This document shows positions 15,772 to 24,226 of a DNA stretch of 32,000 nt, one piece after another (the first letter of the stretch is position 1; each line of letters begins with the position of its first letter). This DNA is from Candidatus Heimdallarchaeota archaeon B3_Heim (GTDB taxonomy: Archaea; Asgardarchaeota; Heimdallarchaeia; Hodarchaeales; Hodarchaeaceae), in assembly GCA_003144275.1 (NCBI GenBank), contig NJBF01000028.1:30001-62000 (forward strand), written 5' to 3'. The notes under the pieces are model-generated. The model saw nothing but the letters and a program-made list of their open reading frames with translations. It searched no databases and had not been told where the DNA came from. Made by a program: the position numbers and the translations under genes.

Positions 15772-17223
15772 TCATTCGATAATAGAAGACCAGGGATAAC
15801 GTTTGGCTATTTCTGAAAGCAATCGATCTACTTTTTTCTCCTCAAATGTATCTCGATAACACAATGTAAGAACTGTTCCACCACGAGTTCGTTTCATTCG
15901 CTGATACATAGTTTTAACGGTATTCACAACATCATACACGATTAGTAAGTCTGCTTGCGGAATATCTATATCTCGTTCTCCCACACCTGTCATAATTAGA
16001 ATAGTATTTCCCCTTTTCGTTGAATGACTTTTGAAGGCATTTAAAACTTCAGCTTTCTCCCGTACCTCGCCTGTAACTAAGAATGGGGTGAATCCTTTAG
16101 CTCTGACTTTCTCCACAAGTAAATGAGCGGTATCAAGATAGGAACAAAGGACGACAGTCTTTGAAGATACTGATCGTTCCGCAAGAAGTTGTAATATACG
16201 TTTAACTTTCGCATTCGTTTTAGGAATTGCATGAATCATCTGTTTCTCAATTCCAAATTTCTTAAGTCGATAGAGAAATTTCTTATATTTATCCACTTGC
16301 ATTGAAACTGCGTATTTACGCGTTAAAAGTAAACCATTATACTTCTGAGTGTCATTTGCTTCCAGCATTCCAGATACTAGCGCAAGCTGGGAAATAGGAA
16401 TCATTTCGAGGAGAGTAGGATTTTCAGCTTTTTGCTCTTCTAAAATAGCCTCTCTAAGCCCTTTAATCGCTTCATCAATATACTCTAGAATTGTACGTAA
16501 TGCTTCGCTTGGTTGGACTAAATCCTTTTTAATCTGAGTATACTGGATGTATGAATCAACATCTGTTTCTGCCATTAATTCGTCCATGGAAATGATTTCC
16601 AGATCAGGGATTCGTCTATCTAGAGTAATTTTCTCATCACGGATTTTAATTTGATCTTGTTGACGATCATAGAAAATGTGAGAATCACGAAGGGTTCCAG
16701 TCATGCCAACAATCCATGCATCTTGGACAAAATATGGAATTAATGTGTTGTATGGGAATACTAATAATCTTGAATCTCCTTGACGTCTAACAATTTTATC
16801 CACTTCATTTATAATAACCGCATCAAATTTAGGTCTATTTAAAGGGATTTTCTCGAACACATTAGCAAAAGTTTGAGGGGTTGAAGCAACAATTCTAGCC
16901 TCAGTGATTATTCGCTTTCGTAGCCAAGTAGGAGTTCGGGAAGAGAATGATTGGAACTCACTGCCCTTGAAACCTCCGTATTCTTTTTCAAAATAGTGGA
17001 TAGTTTCTAAATAGCTTGTAGTGGAGTGTAAAAGTAACAAGACTCTATGAGTGGGTAAGATCTCTTTGATAAGAAGATAAGTTAATACTCTCTTACCCAA
17101 GCCTGTGTCTACTTCAGCTATACAATGAATTTTTCTGTCAAAATTCTTTTTCAACCGTTTGAGAATGACAGATTGATATTCTCGCAGTTGAATCACGGTT
17201 TGGGGGGAGTTATTATCGTCCAA
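15772..17223 (-). CDS. SF2 helicase of the Hef/FANCM (ERCC4-related helicase) type with degenerate motifs and no nuclease domain
   Basis: LREYQ (Q motif), DTGLGKR, VASTPQ, NEVD, GMTGT, TGVGERDIDIP, QRMKRTRGG. Confidence 0.78.
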   Translation of the reverse strand: MDDNNSPQTVIQLREYQSVILKRLKKNFDRKIHCIAEVDTGLGKRVLTYLLIKEILPTHRVLLLLHSTTSYLETIHYFEKEYGGFKGSEFQSFSSRTPTWLRKRIITEARIVASTPQTFANVFEKIPLNRPKFDAVIINEVDKIVRRQGDSRLLVFPYNTLIPYFVQDAWIVGMTGTLRDSHIFYDRQQDQIKIRDEKITLDRRIPDLEIISMDELMAETDVDSYIQYTQIKKDLVQPSEALRTILEYIDEAIKGLREAILEEQKAENPTLLEMIPISQLALVSGMLEANDTQKYNGLLLTRKYAVSMQVDKYKKFLYRLKKFGIEKQMIHAIPKTNAKVKRILQLLAERSVSSKTVVLCSYLDTAHLLVEKVRAKGFTPFLVTGEVREKAEVLNAFKSHSTKRGNTILIMTGVGERDIDIPQADLLIVYDVVNTVKTMYQRMKRTRGGTVLTLCYRDTFEEKKVDRLLSEIAKRYPWSSIIE

Positions 17224-17342
17224 CTTGTATAAGAGATTTCTTATCCACTTTTTTGTATTCTTTGATGTTTCTGGTATTTTATCGAACTACTAAAAAAATT
17301 AACTCGTTTGAACAAATTATGTCTTAAATAGGTGTTATAGTT

Positions 17343-18284
17343 ATGGAAAGAAGAGTATTCTGGGGTTATTTAGTAACAATTGCTGCAGGACTCTCGTTTG
17401 GATTCATCCCAATCATAGTTGCGCTCCTTCGAGACTTAGACGTTTCTATCCTTGAACAGACATTTCTTAGATTATTTTTCGGGGGTATTACTGGATTTCT
17501 CGGTTTAATGGGATATATAAAATGGAAAAGAGAGGAATTCGACCTCGGGATCAGAAAAGAGGTCCAAAAAACGTATATCTGGCAAGGACTAATTTTTACA
17601 ATTGCAATCATGGTGTACATTGGATCTATTATCCTCGATACACCTGTTGGAGAAGCAGCTCTTCTTATTCAGGTTCATCCTCTCGTAACACTAATTTTAG
17701 GTGCTCTCCTCTTAAACGAAATAGTAGATAGAAGAAAAATATACTCTCTGGTACTTGGATTTACGGGTTTAATTCTCCTTACCCGTCCATGGGAATGGGA
17801 GGAATTTTTCTCTTCATTTCTCGGAGACTTTTTAGCAACTCTAAATGGGGTATTATACGCCATTTATCTTGTAATCGGTGCATCAAGTGTGAAAGTTCGT
17901 GCAAAAATACCCCCTTCTTTGTCTATATTCTGGGTATTAGTCTGGGGGTTTGTTTGGGGAATAATGATTATCGTGATTCTATATTTACTTCCTCTTAATT
18001 CCGAATTCTTATCTTTCAATCTACAAAGCCTAACTCTAACATCCGTATTAGTCTTAGGAGTGTTTTTAGCTATCCTAGGGAGTATCTTACCATATGGTTT
18101 AATCATGCTTTCGAATAAATATGAGGTTGAATCATCAATCCAATCAATACTTCTCTTGGGAGAACCAATTGCAGCCATAATTCTTGGTTATTTAATTTTA
18201 ACCGAACCTATTACATCGTGGTATTTAATCGGAGGATTTTTTCTACTCCTTGCGATCATTAATATTCTTTCCACAGCAAACTAG
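17343..18284 (+). CDS. EamA/DMT-family transporter
   Basis: About 10 TM segments in two EamA-like halves; PVGEAALLIQVHP, GEPIAAIILG. Confidence 0.88.
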   Translation: MERRVFWGYLVTIAAGLSFGFIPIIVALLRDLDVSILEQTFLRLFFGGITGFLGLMGYIKWKREEFDLGIRKEVQKTYIWQGLIFTIAIMVYIGSIILDTPVGEAALLIQVHPLVTLILGALLLNEIVDRRKIYSLVLGFTGLILLTRPWEWEEFFSSFLGDFLATLNGVLYAIYLVIGASSVKVRAKIPPSLSIFWVLVWGFVWGIMIIVILYLLPLNSEFLSFNLQSLTLTSVLVLGVFLAILGSILPYGLIMLSNKYEVESSIQSILLLGEPIAAIILGYLILTEPITSWYLIGGFFLLLAIINILSTAN

Positions 18285-18307
18285 CAAATGAATAACAATA
18301 GCGCTAT

Positions 18308-19096
18308 TTAAGACGGTTTACGGGCATATGCATAAAAAACAGGCATAAAAGACATCATTTCTGATGGTTTAGTTAGTGATATGCTTTGTTGGAGATCTTT
18401 CAACTTTGATCTTAATTTTCCTGGAAGAAACAATTTTAAGGAGTTAATTTCGTCATTGTACATCTCTTTTACAATATCAGAGATTTGAACGACTGATTGA
18501 AGTCCGACTGTTGCCTGAAGTCCAGCTAGAGAAAACAATTGAGGTAATTTTCTACCTACATTTGGATCCGATGCAGAGAGAGAAGAACATAGCAGTTCCT
18601 TCCATTCTTCACCATATGGATGATCTATTCGTCCACCATAATCGGGTTCAGCCAAACAAGCGATCCATCCACCTGGTTTGGTTACGCGATAGAATTCTTT
18701 AATCAGCTGAACTGGATTGTCGAGCCATAAAAGAAGGTAATTACACAATGTTACATCAAAAACATCATTTTGGATTGGTAGTTTGTTCCCGTCGCCTTGA
18801 ACGAGTGATGAATGATTATTTTTCCTACAATATCCTAAAGCTATGGGATTAAAATCAATTCCAAGAATATCTGCCTTACTTAGAAGATCATTTAGCTCTT
18901 GGAGTAGTGCCCCTGTTCCTGAGCCAACTTCTAGGATTTTTTCAGCCTTGAGTAAATTTATTCTCCTATAAAGATAGTTTCTTGTAGATTTAGTCCAGCT
19001 GAGTTGTCTCCTGTACAAATTATCAAAAAAAGACGCCTTTTCGGTAGAGAGAAGGATATCATTTGGTGTTAATCGTTCGCTTTGCTTTCGGGACAT
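18308..19096 (-). CDS. Class I SAM-dependent methyltransferase
   Basis: ILEVGSGTG, GIDFN, GDGNKLP...FD, KPGGWI. ATG 19096 with RBS GGGAGG; overlaps the radical SAM gene by 28 nt. Confidence 0.88.
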   Translation of the reverse strand: MSRKQSERLTPNDILLSTEKASFFDNLYRRQLSWTKSTRNYLYRRINLLKAEKILEVGSGTGALLQELNDLLSKADILGIDFNPIALGYCRKNNHSSLVQGDGNKLPIQNDVFDVTLCNYLLLWLDNPVQLIKEFYRVTKPGGWIACLAEPDYGGRIDHPYGEEWKELLCSSLSASDPNVGRKLPQLFSLAGLQATVGLQSVVQISDIVKEMYNDEINSLKLFLPGKLRSKLKDLQQSISLTKPSEMMSFMPVFYAYARKPS

Positions 19097-20391
19097 ATAT
19101 ATTCCTCCCGAGTATAACTCAAGGGACATCCAGCTCCACATAGGTTAAGTTGGCCACAGGTCTGACATTCGTCAGGAACATTGCTTTGGGTACGTATTTC
19201 AATAGAAAGGGGATGATTCCATATTTTTTCCCAAGGATCCTTTAGAATGTTACCTAGTCCTTCGTAATAGCTCTGACATGGGATAACAGTTCCATTAGGT
19301 TCGATGGCCATAGCTAGGTGAGAAGCTGAACATCTTTTAACTCCAAGCCCCAAATTTACAGGGTCAATATCACAATAACGGGTTGGAGTATACCAAATGA
19401 ACTCCATTCCATAATCATCTGCTGAATCTTGAATTCGTTCCAGTACTGGTAATAGTTCTCTTTCGTTCAACGCAAGTTTAGAAACATTTTTCCCTTTACC
19501 CGCATAAATTATAGAATTACAGGCAAATTGTTCTACTTCTAGTTCATTTAATAGTCCTATGGTATCAATTATGGTTTCTACATTTAACTTAGTAAGGGTT
19601 GTATTGGTTAATGTATAAATCGGAGTTTCCACAGCATTTTTTATACCTGCAATGGTTTCATTCCAAGCTAAATCACTACCCACCATTTGATTATGAATGG
19701 ATTCATTTGCACTTTCAAGAGTAATTTGAAAATGATCAAGACCGGCTTCAACAAGGTTGTTAACATAATCTTGCTCTTTTAATTTCCGACCGTTGGTAAT
19801 AAGTCCAGTTACGATACCAATAAGTTCAGCACGTTCTATTAGCTGTGATAAATCTTGTCTTAGTGTCGGTTCCCCACCTGTAAATGTCACATGAGGTATT
19901 GAAATCTCCCAAAGTCTTTCCAGTATATCTTTCCATGTATTGGTTTCTAGTTCGGACGCATTTGGAGATTCTGTTTGATTGTAACAGTGTGAACAAGTAT
20001 TATTACAACGATAAGTTAATGCAAGATCCATTCTGAGAGGAGCTGTAAGATTTAATTCTGCAATATTAGATTCTTCTACATTTAATGAATGTATAGGGCA
20101 TATATCTTCCGTAGTTGAAAGGGAGGTGATCATGTCCTTTAGTGCATTAAGATCAGTTTTTGCTTGATGATCTGTCACGCGATAGAGAGATTTCAGCTCA
20201 TTGAGGATTTTCTGCTCTGGAGTTCCATCTAGAATTCTTTCAACGAAGAACGTTGCTGTTTGGTTTAGTTGTAAAATCCTAGATGCATTAATAACAAGGA
20301 GCCCATTTTCACCCTGTTTTCGTAAATGGAGACGAATCTCACCGAATTGTCCTTCTCGCTGATGAATTAATGAAGACTTCTCTTGGTTCAT
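19069..20391 (-). CDS. Radical SAM/SPASM-domain maturase with N-terminal PqqD-like RiPP recognition element (RRE)
   Basis: RRE pattern GLLVIN...LNQTATFF...G...ILNEL...YRV...AKTDL. CNNTCSHC (CxxxCxxC), FTGGEP, TNG. SPASM C-x12-G-x4-C...C-x2-C-x5-C-x3-C-x10-C. True start is probably ATG 20391, 2 nt after the upstream stop. Confidence 0.92.
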   Translation of the reverse strand: MNQEKSSLIHQREGQFGEIRLHLRKQGENGLLVINASRILQLNQTATFFVERILDGTPEQKILNELKSLYRVTDHQAKTDLNALKDMITSLSTTEDICPIHSLNVEESNIAELNLTAPLRMDLALTYRCNNTCSHCYNQTESPNASELETNTWKDILERLWEISIPHVTFTGGEPTLRQDLSQLIERAELIGIVTGLITNGRKLKEQDYVNNLVEAGLDHFQITLESANESIHNQMVGSDLAWNETIAGIKNAVETPIYTLTNTTLTKLNVETIIDTIGLLNELEVEQFACNSIIYAGKGKNVSKLALNERELLPVLERIQDSADDYGMEFIWYTPTRYCDIDPVNLGLGVKRCSASHLAMAIEPNGTVIPCQSYYEGLGNILKDPWEKIWNHPLSIEIRTQSNVPDECQTCGQLNLCGAGCPLSYTREEYICPESKAND

Positions 20392-20393
20392 CG

Positions 20394-21923
20394 TTATCGA
20401 CCACCACCTGCGCACGCGCACGCACAGCCTGCGCAAGCGCAAGCACATCCTCCACCGCCTGATCTACCCCGTCCTCTCCCAATTGGTTGAACTGGAGGAG
20501 GATAGCTTCTTCTTGTTACTTTTTCTTGAAATGATCGACCTCTTGGAACCCAATACCATGAATGATAGTGATAGGTATAATACCAAGGAATATATTCTAG
20601 ATTCTGTGTTACCTCGATATCAAATTCTGGTTGATAATTTTCATCTAATACAGCCCAATACCAGGCTTCAGTTGTTACCGTTTCAAGATCCTCACTTTGC
20701 TTTGAAGTTATTTGCAATACTGATTTGTCTATTAATGATTCATAGAATTGAACTGTTTTATCGTAAGAGTACCCTTTCATCCTACCTCGAGTTAATTTTA
20801 CAAGAGCCGCGATAGAGCTAATCAAATCCTCCTCCTTAATACTAAACTCATCACGTAACGATTGCAAGAGAATTTTCTGATATTTCTTTAGATAACGAAG
20901 TGATGATCCTTCCATCAACTGAGGATCGGGATATTCTTCCGATAATGGTTTAATTAGATCTTTTTCGATTAAGGAAAGAATGATCATAGAAGTTGTGATT
21001 TCAACGGGCTTTTCCAATATCACAGCAACCATTTCTCGCGGGAGATCTGTTCTTGGTCCCGCTGTTGGAACAGATACAAAGGGAGGTACATAATCGAGAA
21101 GACGCTTTTCCAGTTTTATTTTTCTGGAACGACGAACTATGAAAGAACCAATTACTGCAATAATTATGAATACAACAACTCCACCAATTACTAACCCAAG
21201 AATAATTTCCTCTGCAGTAAGTGGAATTCCTTTAAACCATTTAACCCCCTCTTTTGGAAAAGATATACCATATTTATACTGTTGAGATGGGGAAGCGGTT
21301 GGTTCATGCCATTCGTGTACTTTACGGCCATTTTGAAGAAAAAAGGTGCGAGTGGGGGCTTTTTGATGATATTTTGTATAAGTTGTATCGTCAACAGTAC
21401 CTGGAAATACCATTCGTGTTGTCAGATTAACAGTTCCAGTTGTATAAGCTGCACCCCACCATGTATTCCCAAACTGACTAGAAGCCATATCTGATTCTTC
21501 TGTATCCCCAAATACCATGTATGGTTGATTACCTTTGACATGGAGCGTCCCTCTATCAGAAATTGCATACGAATGAAGGTGAATTTCCACACCTACATCG
21601 ATAACTTCGCTTTCCCGAATATCATAGAGTGGTTGTCCGTCAAGATCAGCTGATATACTACTCAGCTCATAATGCTTGTTTGGAAATCCTATATCAATTA
21701 TATCAATATCCTGTCCAGATCCTTCTACTTTAAAAGTGATCCAGTATTCAATATCAGCCGAACCATCTAAGTTAATTGTGACCTCTACTAATTCATCTGG
21801 GACTGAAAAATAATAATTCTGAATATTACTTTCACTAGATTCTCCTACAGTAATTATATTGAAGGGTATTAATAGGAGAATAAGGAGTAAATAGATCCGT
21901 GCGAGGGTATTGACTTTTCTCAT
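20394..21923 (-). CDS. Single-pass membrane protein (signal peptide, extracellular beta-rich domain, TM, cytoplasmic domain; DUF2207-like layout) with a Gly/Cys-Ala-rich C-terminal tail
   Basis: Signal peptide MRKVNTLARIYLLLILLLIPF. TM IILGLVIGGVVVFIIIAVIGSFIV followed by RRSRKIK. Ends GRGRGRSGGGGCACACAGCACACAGGGR*. Confidence 0.88.
   Translation of the reverse strand: MRKVNTLARIYLLLILLLIPFNIITVGESSESNIQNYYFSVPDELVEVTINLDGSADIEYWITFKVEGSGQDIDIIDIGFPNKHYELSSISADLDGQPLYDIRESEVIDVGVEIHLHSYAISDRGTLHVKGNQPYMVFGDTEESDMASSQFGNTWWGAAYTTGTVNLTTRMVFPGTVDDTTYTKYHQKAPTRTFFLQNGRKVHEWHEPTASPSQQYKYGISFPKEGVKWFKGIPLTAEEIILGLVIGGVVVFIIIAVIGSFIVRRSRKIKLEKRLLDYVPPFVSVPTAGPRTDLPREMVAVILEKPVEITTSMIILSLIEKDLIKPLSEEYPDPQLMEGSSLRYLKKYQKILLQSLRDEFSIKEEDLISSIAALVKLTRGRMKGYSYDKTVQFYESLIDKSVLQITSKQSEDLETVTTEAWYWAVLDENYQPEFDIEVTQNLEYIPWYYTYHYHSWYWVPRGRSFQEKVTRRSYPPPVQPIGRGRGRSGGGGCACACAGCACACAGGGR
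20409..20447 (-). repeat. (Cys-Ala)3-Gly-(Cys-Ala)3 coding repeat
   Basis: Minus strand: tgt gct tgc gct tgc gca ggc tgt gcg tgc gcg tgc gca. Synonymous third positions vary, so conservation is at the protein level. Confidence 0.9.
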
Positions 21924-22086
21924 TTCAAATCCTTTCTTAAATGGAATATTTATCCCTTTTACCTTTCGTACTGATTAAATATATTTTCATAACCGAACTT
22001 CAGTATTTCTTACAACCACTTTCCTTTCTTGAGATATTCATTTATGTTTAATTTTCAAGACATCTAAGTTTTCGAAAATTAGCAAC

Positions 22087-24072
22087 TCAGCGTAGATCTT
22101 TGATTATTTCTTTGGTAGTAGTCGTGATTTGTTTGACGGAGCTTGTAATATTGTCTGAGTTTGTGGTTACATTATTTTTGAAATTATCAACCGAGGAATC
22201 AATACTACTCTGAACCTCTTCAAACTGAACATCGATTTTTCTCCTTTGATCATCTATATATTCACGTTGATCATGAGTTTTTCCTATGAAATTATCAGAA
22301 GTATTTTGCACTTCAGTGAAGAATTCAGCAAATCGCTCTTGTAGCGAGGAGCTATATTTATCTAATGTATCCTGATGATCAGTAATTTTCTGTGATGTAT
22401 CAGACCGAAATTGAATAAGGGAATTTTTATGCTCATCTTCCAAGCTTCCTACTAATACTGTTGTTGATTCCTCACTATCCTTCACCGCTTGATCGAGTTT
22501 ATCATTGGTAATCGATACTATGTTTTGAATAGCAACCAGTCCATCTTGTTCTATAGTTCGAATTTGTTTTCTTAGATCATCGAATGCGGCCGTACTGGAC
22601 CGTTTTATTTCGGAATTCTTGGTCTTGATGACTTCACGATTAGTTTCTACCACTGTATCAGCAGTAGGGGCTATTGATGAAACTGTTGTAAGTAATTCGC
22701 TCTGTTTTGACTGTAAAGTGCGTCTCACGTCTGTTAATGTTATTTCAATATTTTTTTCTTGACTTGTTTGAATTTCCTTGAACTGCTGACTTATTCCTTC
22801 TTGTAGGTCTCCAAGAGTAGTTTCATGTTTAATCAAGACATCTTTCATTCCATCTTGGGATTTTTTAAAGAAGCCCATTAAGGATCCATTAAGGTCTGAT
22901 GTTGTATCTTCTAACTTGGATTTGGTTTTTACACCAAATTGTTCAAATGAGCTATTGATATTTGCGTACCAGTTTTCAAATGCTTTTGTCAATGTCTCAG
23001 AGGTTCTAAGACGCTTTTTACTAAAATCTGAAGAAACACGTGAGAGTGAAGAAAGTATTTGTTCCTCTAATTGACGAAAACCTGATTTGAGCGAATTTTC
23101 AAATTCCGTGGTGACTTTAGATTGCAGCTCTTCATTTGTTTTTAGTGCAGATATAAAAGATTCGAAAACATTTTCCTTGATATTACTAATGGTCTGTTTT
23201 TGTTCCTCCTGGTATTTCTGCCACTCACTATAATATCCATCAACTCCCTTCTCAATTTTTGTTTTTACTCCTTCCCTCTCTTCTTTAATAATTTCGATAA
23301 CTCTTTGCTGAGACTCATTTAGTAATTCTTTTTGACGAATAAGATTATCATCCAGACGTGCTTTAAGACCATCAATTCCTGCGAGTAAATCTTCTTTAGC
23401 AATTTCTAGTCTGGAAACAGATTGTCTCAAAGTATTCGCAAAAACATTGTCCAGTTCATTCTCTTTAGCATCACTAATTTGTGTCACACGATTATTAAAT
23501 TCATCCAACGCTTGAAGAAAGGATGAGGCTACGCTATCTGACATCTCCCCAATATTTGCATTTTCTCTCTCGACGGTACTAACGAATTCCTTTTGTACGT
23601 CCGCTAACTTGTTGGAAATTTGATCTTGAAATTCCTTGATCTGTTTATACTGATGAGAATAGATATCATCCAATCCAGTATTCACTTTACCAGCCATTTC
23701 CCCATAGATTTGGGAAATGTCCTCTTCTTGCTTTTTTGTAAGTGAATTTAATTGTTTTTGCAGAGTAACTGTCCCTTTCTGCAATTGGTCAAGTAATTTT
23801 TCTAAACGAGAGCCGAAATCTCCTTTCTCTGATTCAATATCGGTTTTGAGACCTTTCAAGTTATCTGTTAAATCACTAACAGTTGTTGCCAAATTGGCTA
23901 TTTGCGATAAAATATCCGTTTTACCTTGGTCAATATTTCGTGAAACAGAACTAGTTTGTTTCTTAATGTCTTGTTGAAAATCCTTCACTCGATTCTCATA
24001 TTGACCACCCTCACTTTCAAGCTTCGCAAGATGATCTTTTATTACATTTACTTTGTTATCTTGTTCAGACAT
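22087..24072 (-). CDS. Long alpha-helical coiled-coil/apolipoprotein-like protein (661 aa)
   Basis: Rich in E/K/Q/S/D, one Pro, no Cys, no TM segment or ATPase motif, 11-residue hydrophobic periodicity. RBS AGGTGA. Confidence 0.85.
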   Translation of the reverse strand: MSEQDNKVNVIKDHLAKLESEGGQYENRVKDFQQDIKKQTSSVSRNIDQGKTDILSQIANLATTVSDLTDNLKGLKTDIESEKGDFGSRLEKLLDQLQKGTVTLQKQLNSLTKKQEEDISQIYGEMAGKVNTGLDDIYSHQYKQIKEFQDQISNKLADVQKEFVSTVERENANIGEMSDSVASSFLQALDEFNNRVTQISDAKENELDNVFANTLRQSVSRLEIAKEDLLAGIDGLKARLDDNLIRQKELLNESQQRVIEIIKEEREGVKTKIEKGVDGYYSEWQKYQEEQKQTISNIKENVFESFISALKTNEELQSKVTTEFENSLKSGFRQLEEQILSSLSRVSSDFSKKRLRTSETLTKAFENWYANINSSFEQFGVKTKSKLEDTTSDLNGSLMGFFKKSQDGMKDVLIKHETTLGDLQEGISQQFKEIQTSQEKNIEITLTDVRRTLQSKQSELLTTVSSIAPTADTVVETNREVIKTKNSEIKRSSTAAFDDLRKQIRTIEQDGLVAIQNIVSITNDKLDQAVKDSEESTTVLVGSLEDEHKNSLIQFRSDTSQKITDHQDTLDKYSSSLQERFAEFFTEVQNTSDNFIGKTHDQREYIDDQRRKIDVQFEEVQSSIDSSVDNFKNNVTTNSDNITSSVKQITTTTKEIIKDLR

Positions 24073-24226
24073 CTTTATTCACCTGATTAACTCTAAGACT
24101 ACTATTATAATCAGTTATTTTTTCTTATGAAATTATAGTTATTGCCAGTAAGATTCTTTATTTAAGTTCAGGTCAATTTCCGTCCATCAATTTGTAATAC
24201 TTATACATTCTTCTTGAGATGTTGTT

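Noticed and set aside
19097-19141. Longer start (19141) for the methyltransferase
   Set aside because: ATG 19096 has a strong GGGAGG RBS; the extension lies deep inside the rSAM gene.
20392-20448. ORF-track N-terminal extension of the radical SAM protein (MCLRLRRLCVRVRRWWSIT)
   Set aside because: It is the alternative-frame reading of the upstream gene's Cys-Ala tail. ATG 20391, 2 nt after the upstream stop, begins the RRE domain cleanly.
20483-20815. 110-aa plus-strand ORF as a possible rSAM precursor peptide
   Set aside because: Antisense to the 509-aa gene, with no leader or core features; a shadow ORF.
22087-24072. SMC/Rad50 or phage tape-measure assignment
   Set aside because: No Walker motifs, hinge or zinc hook, and no phage genes in the window.
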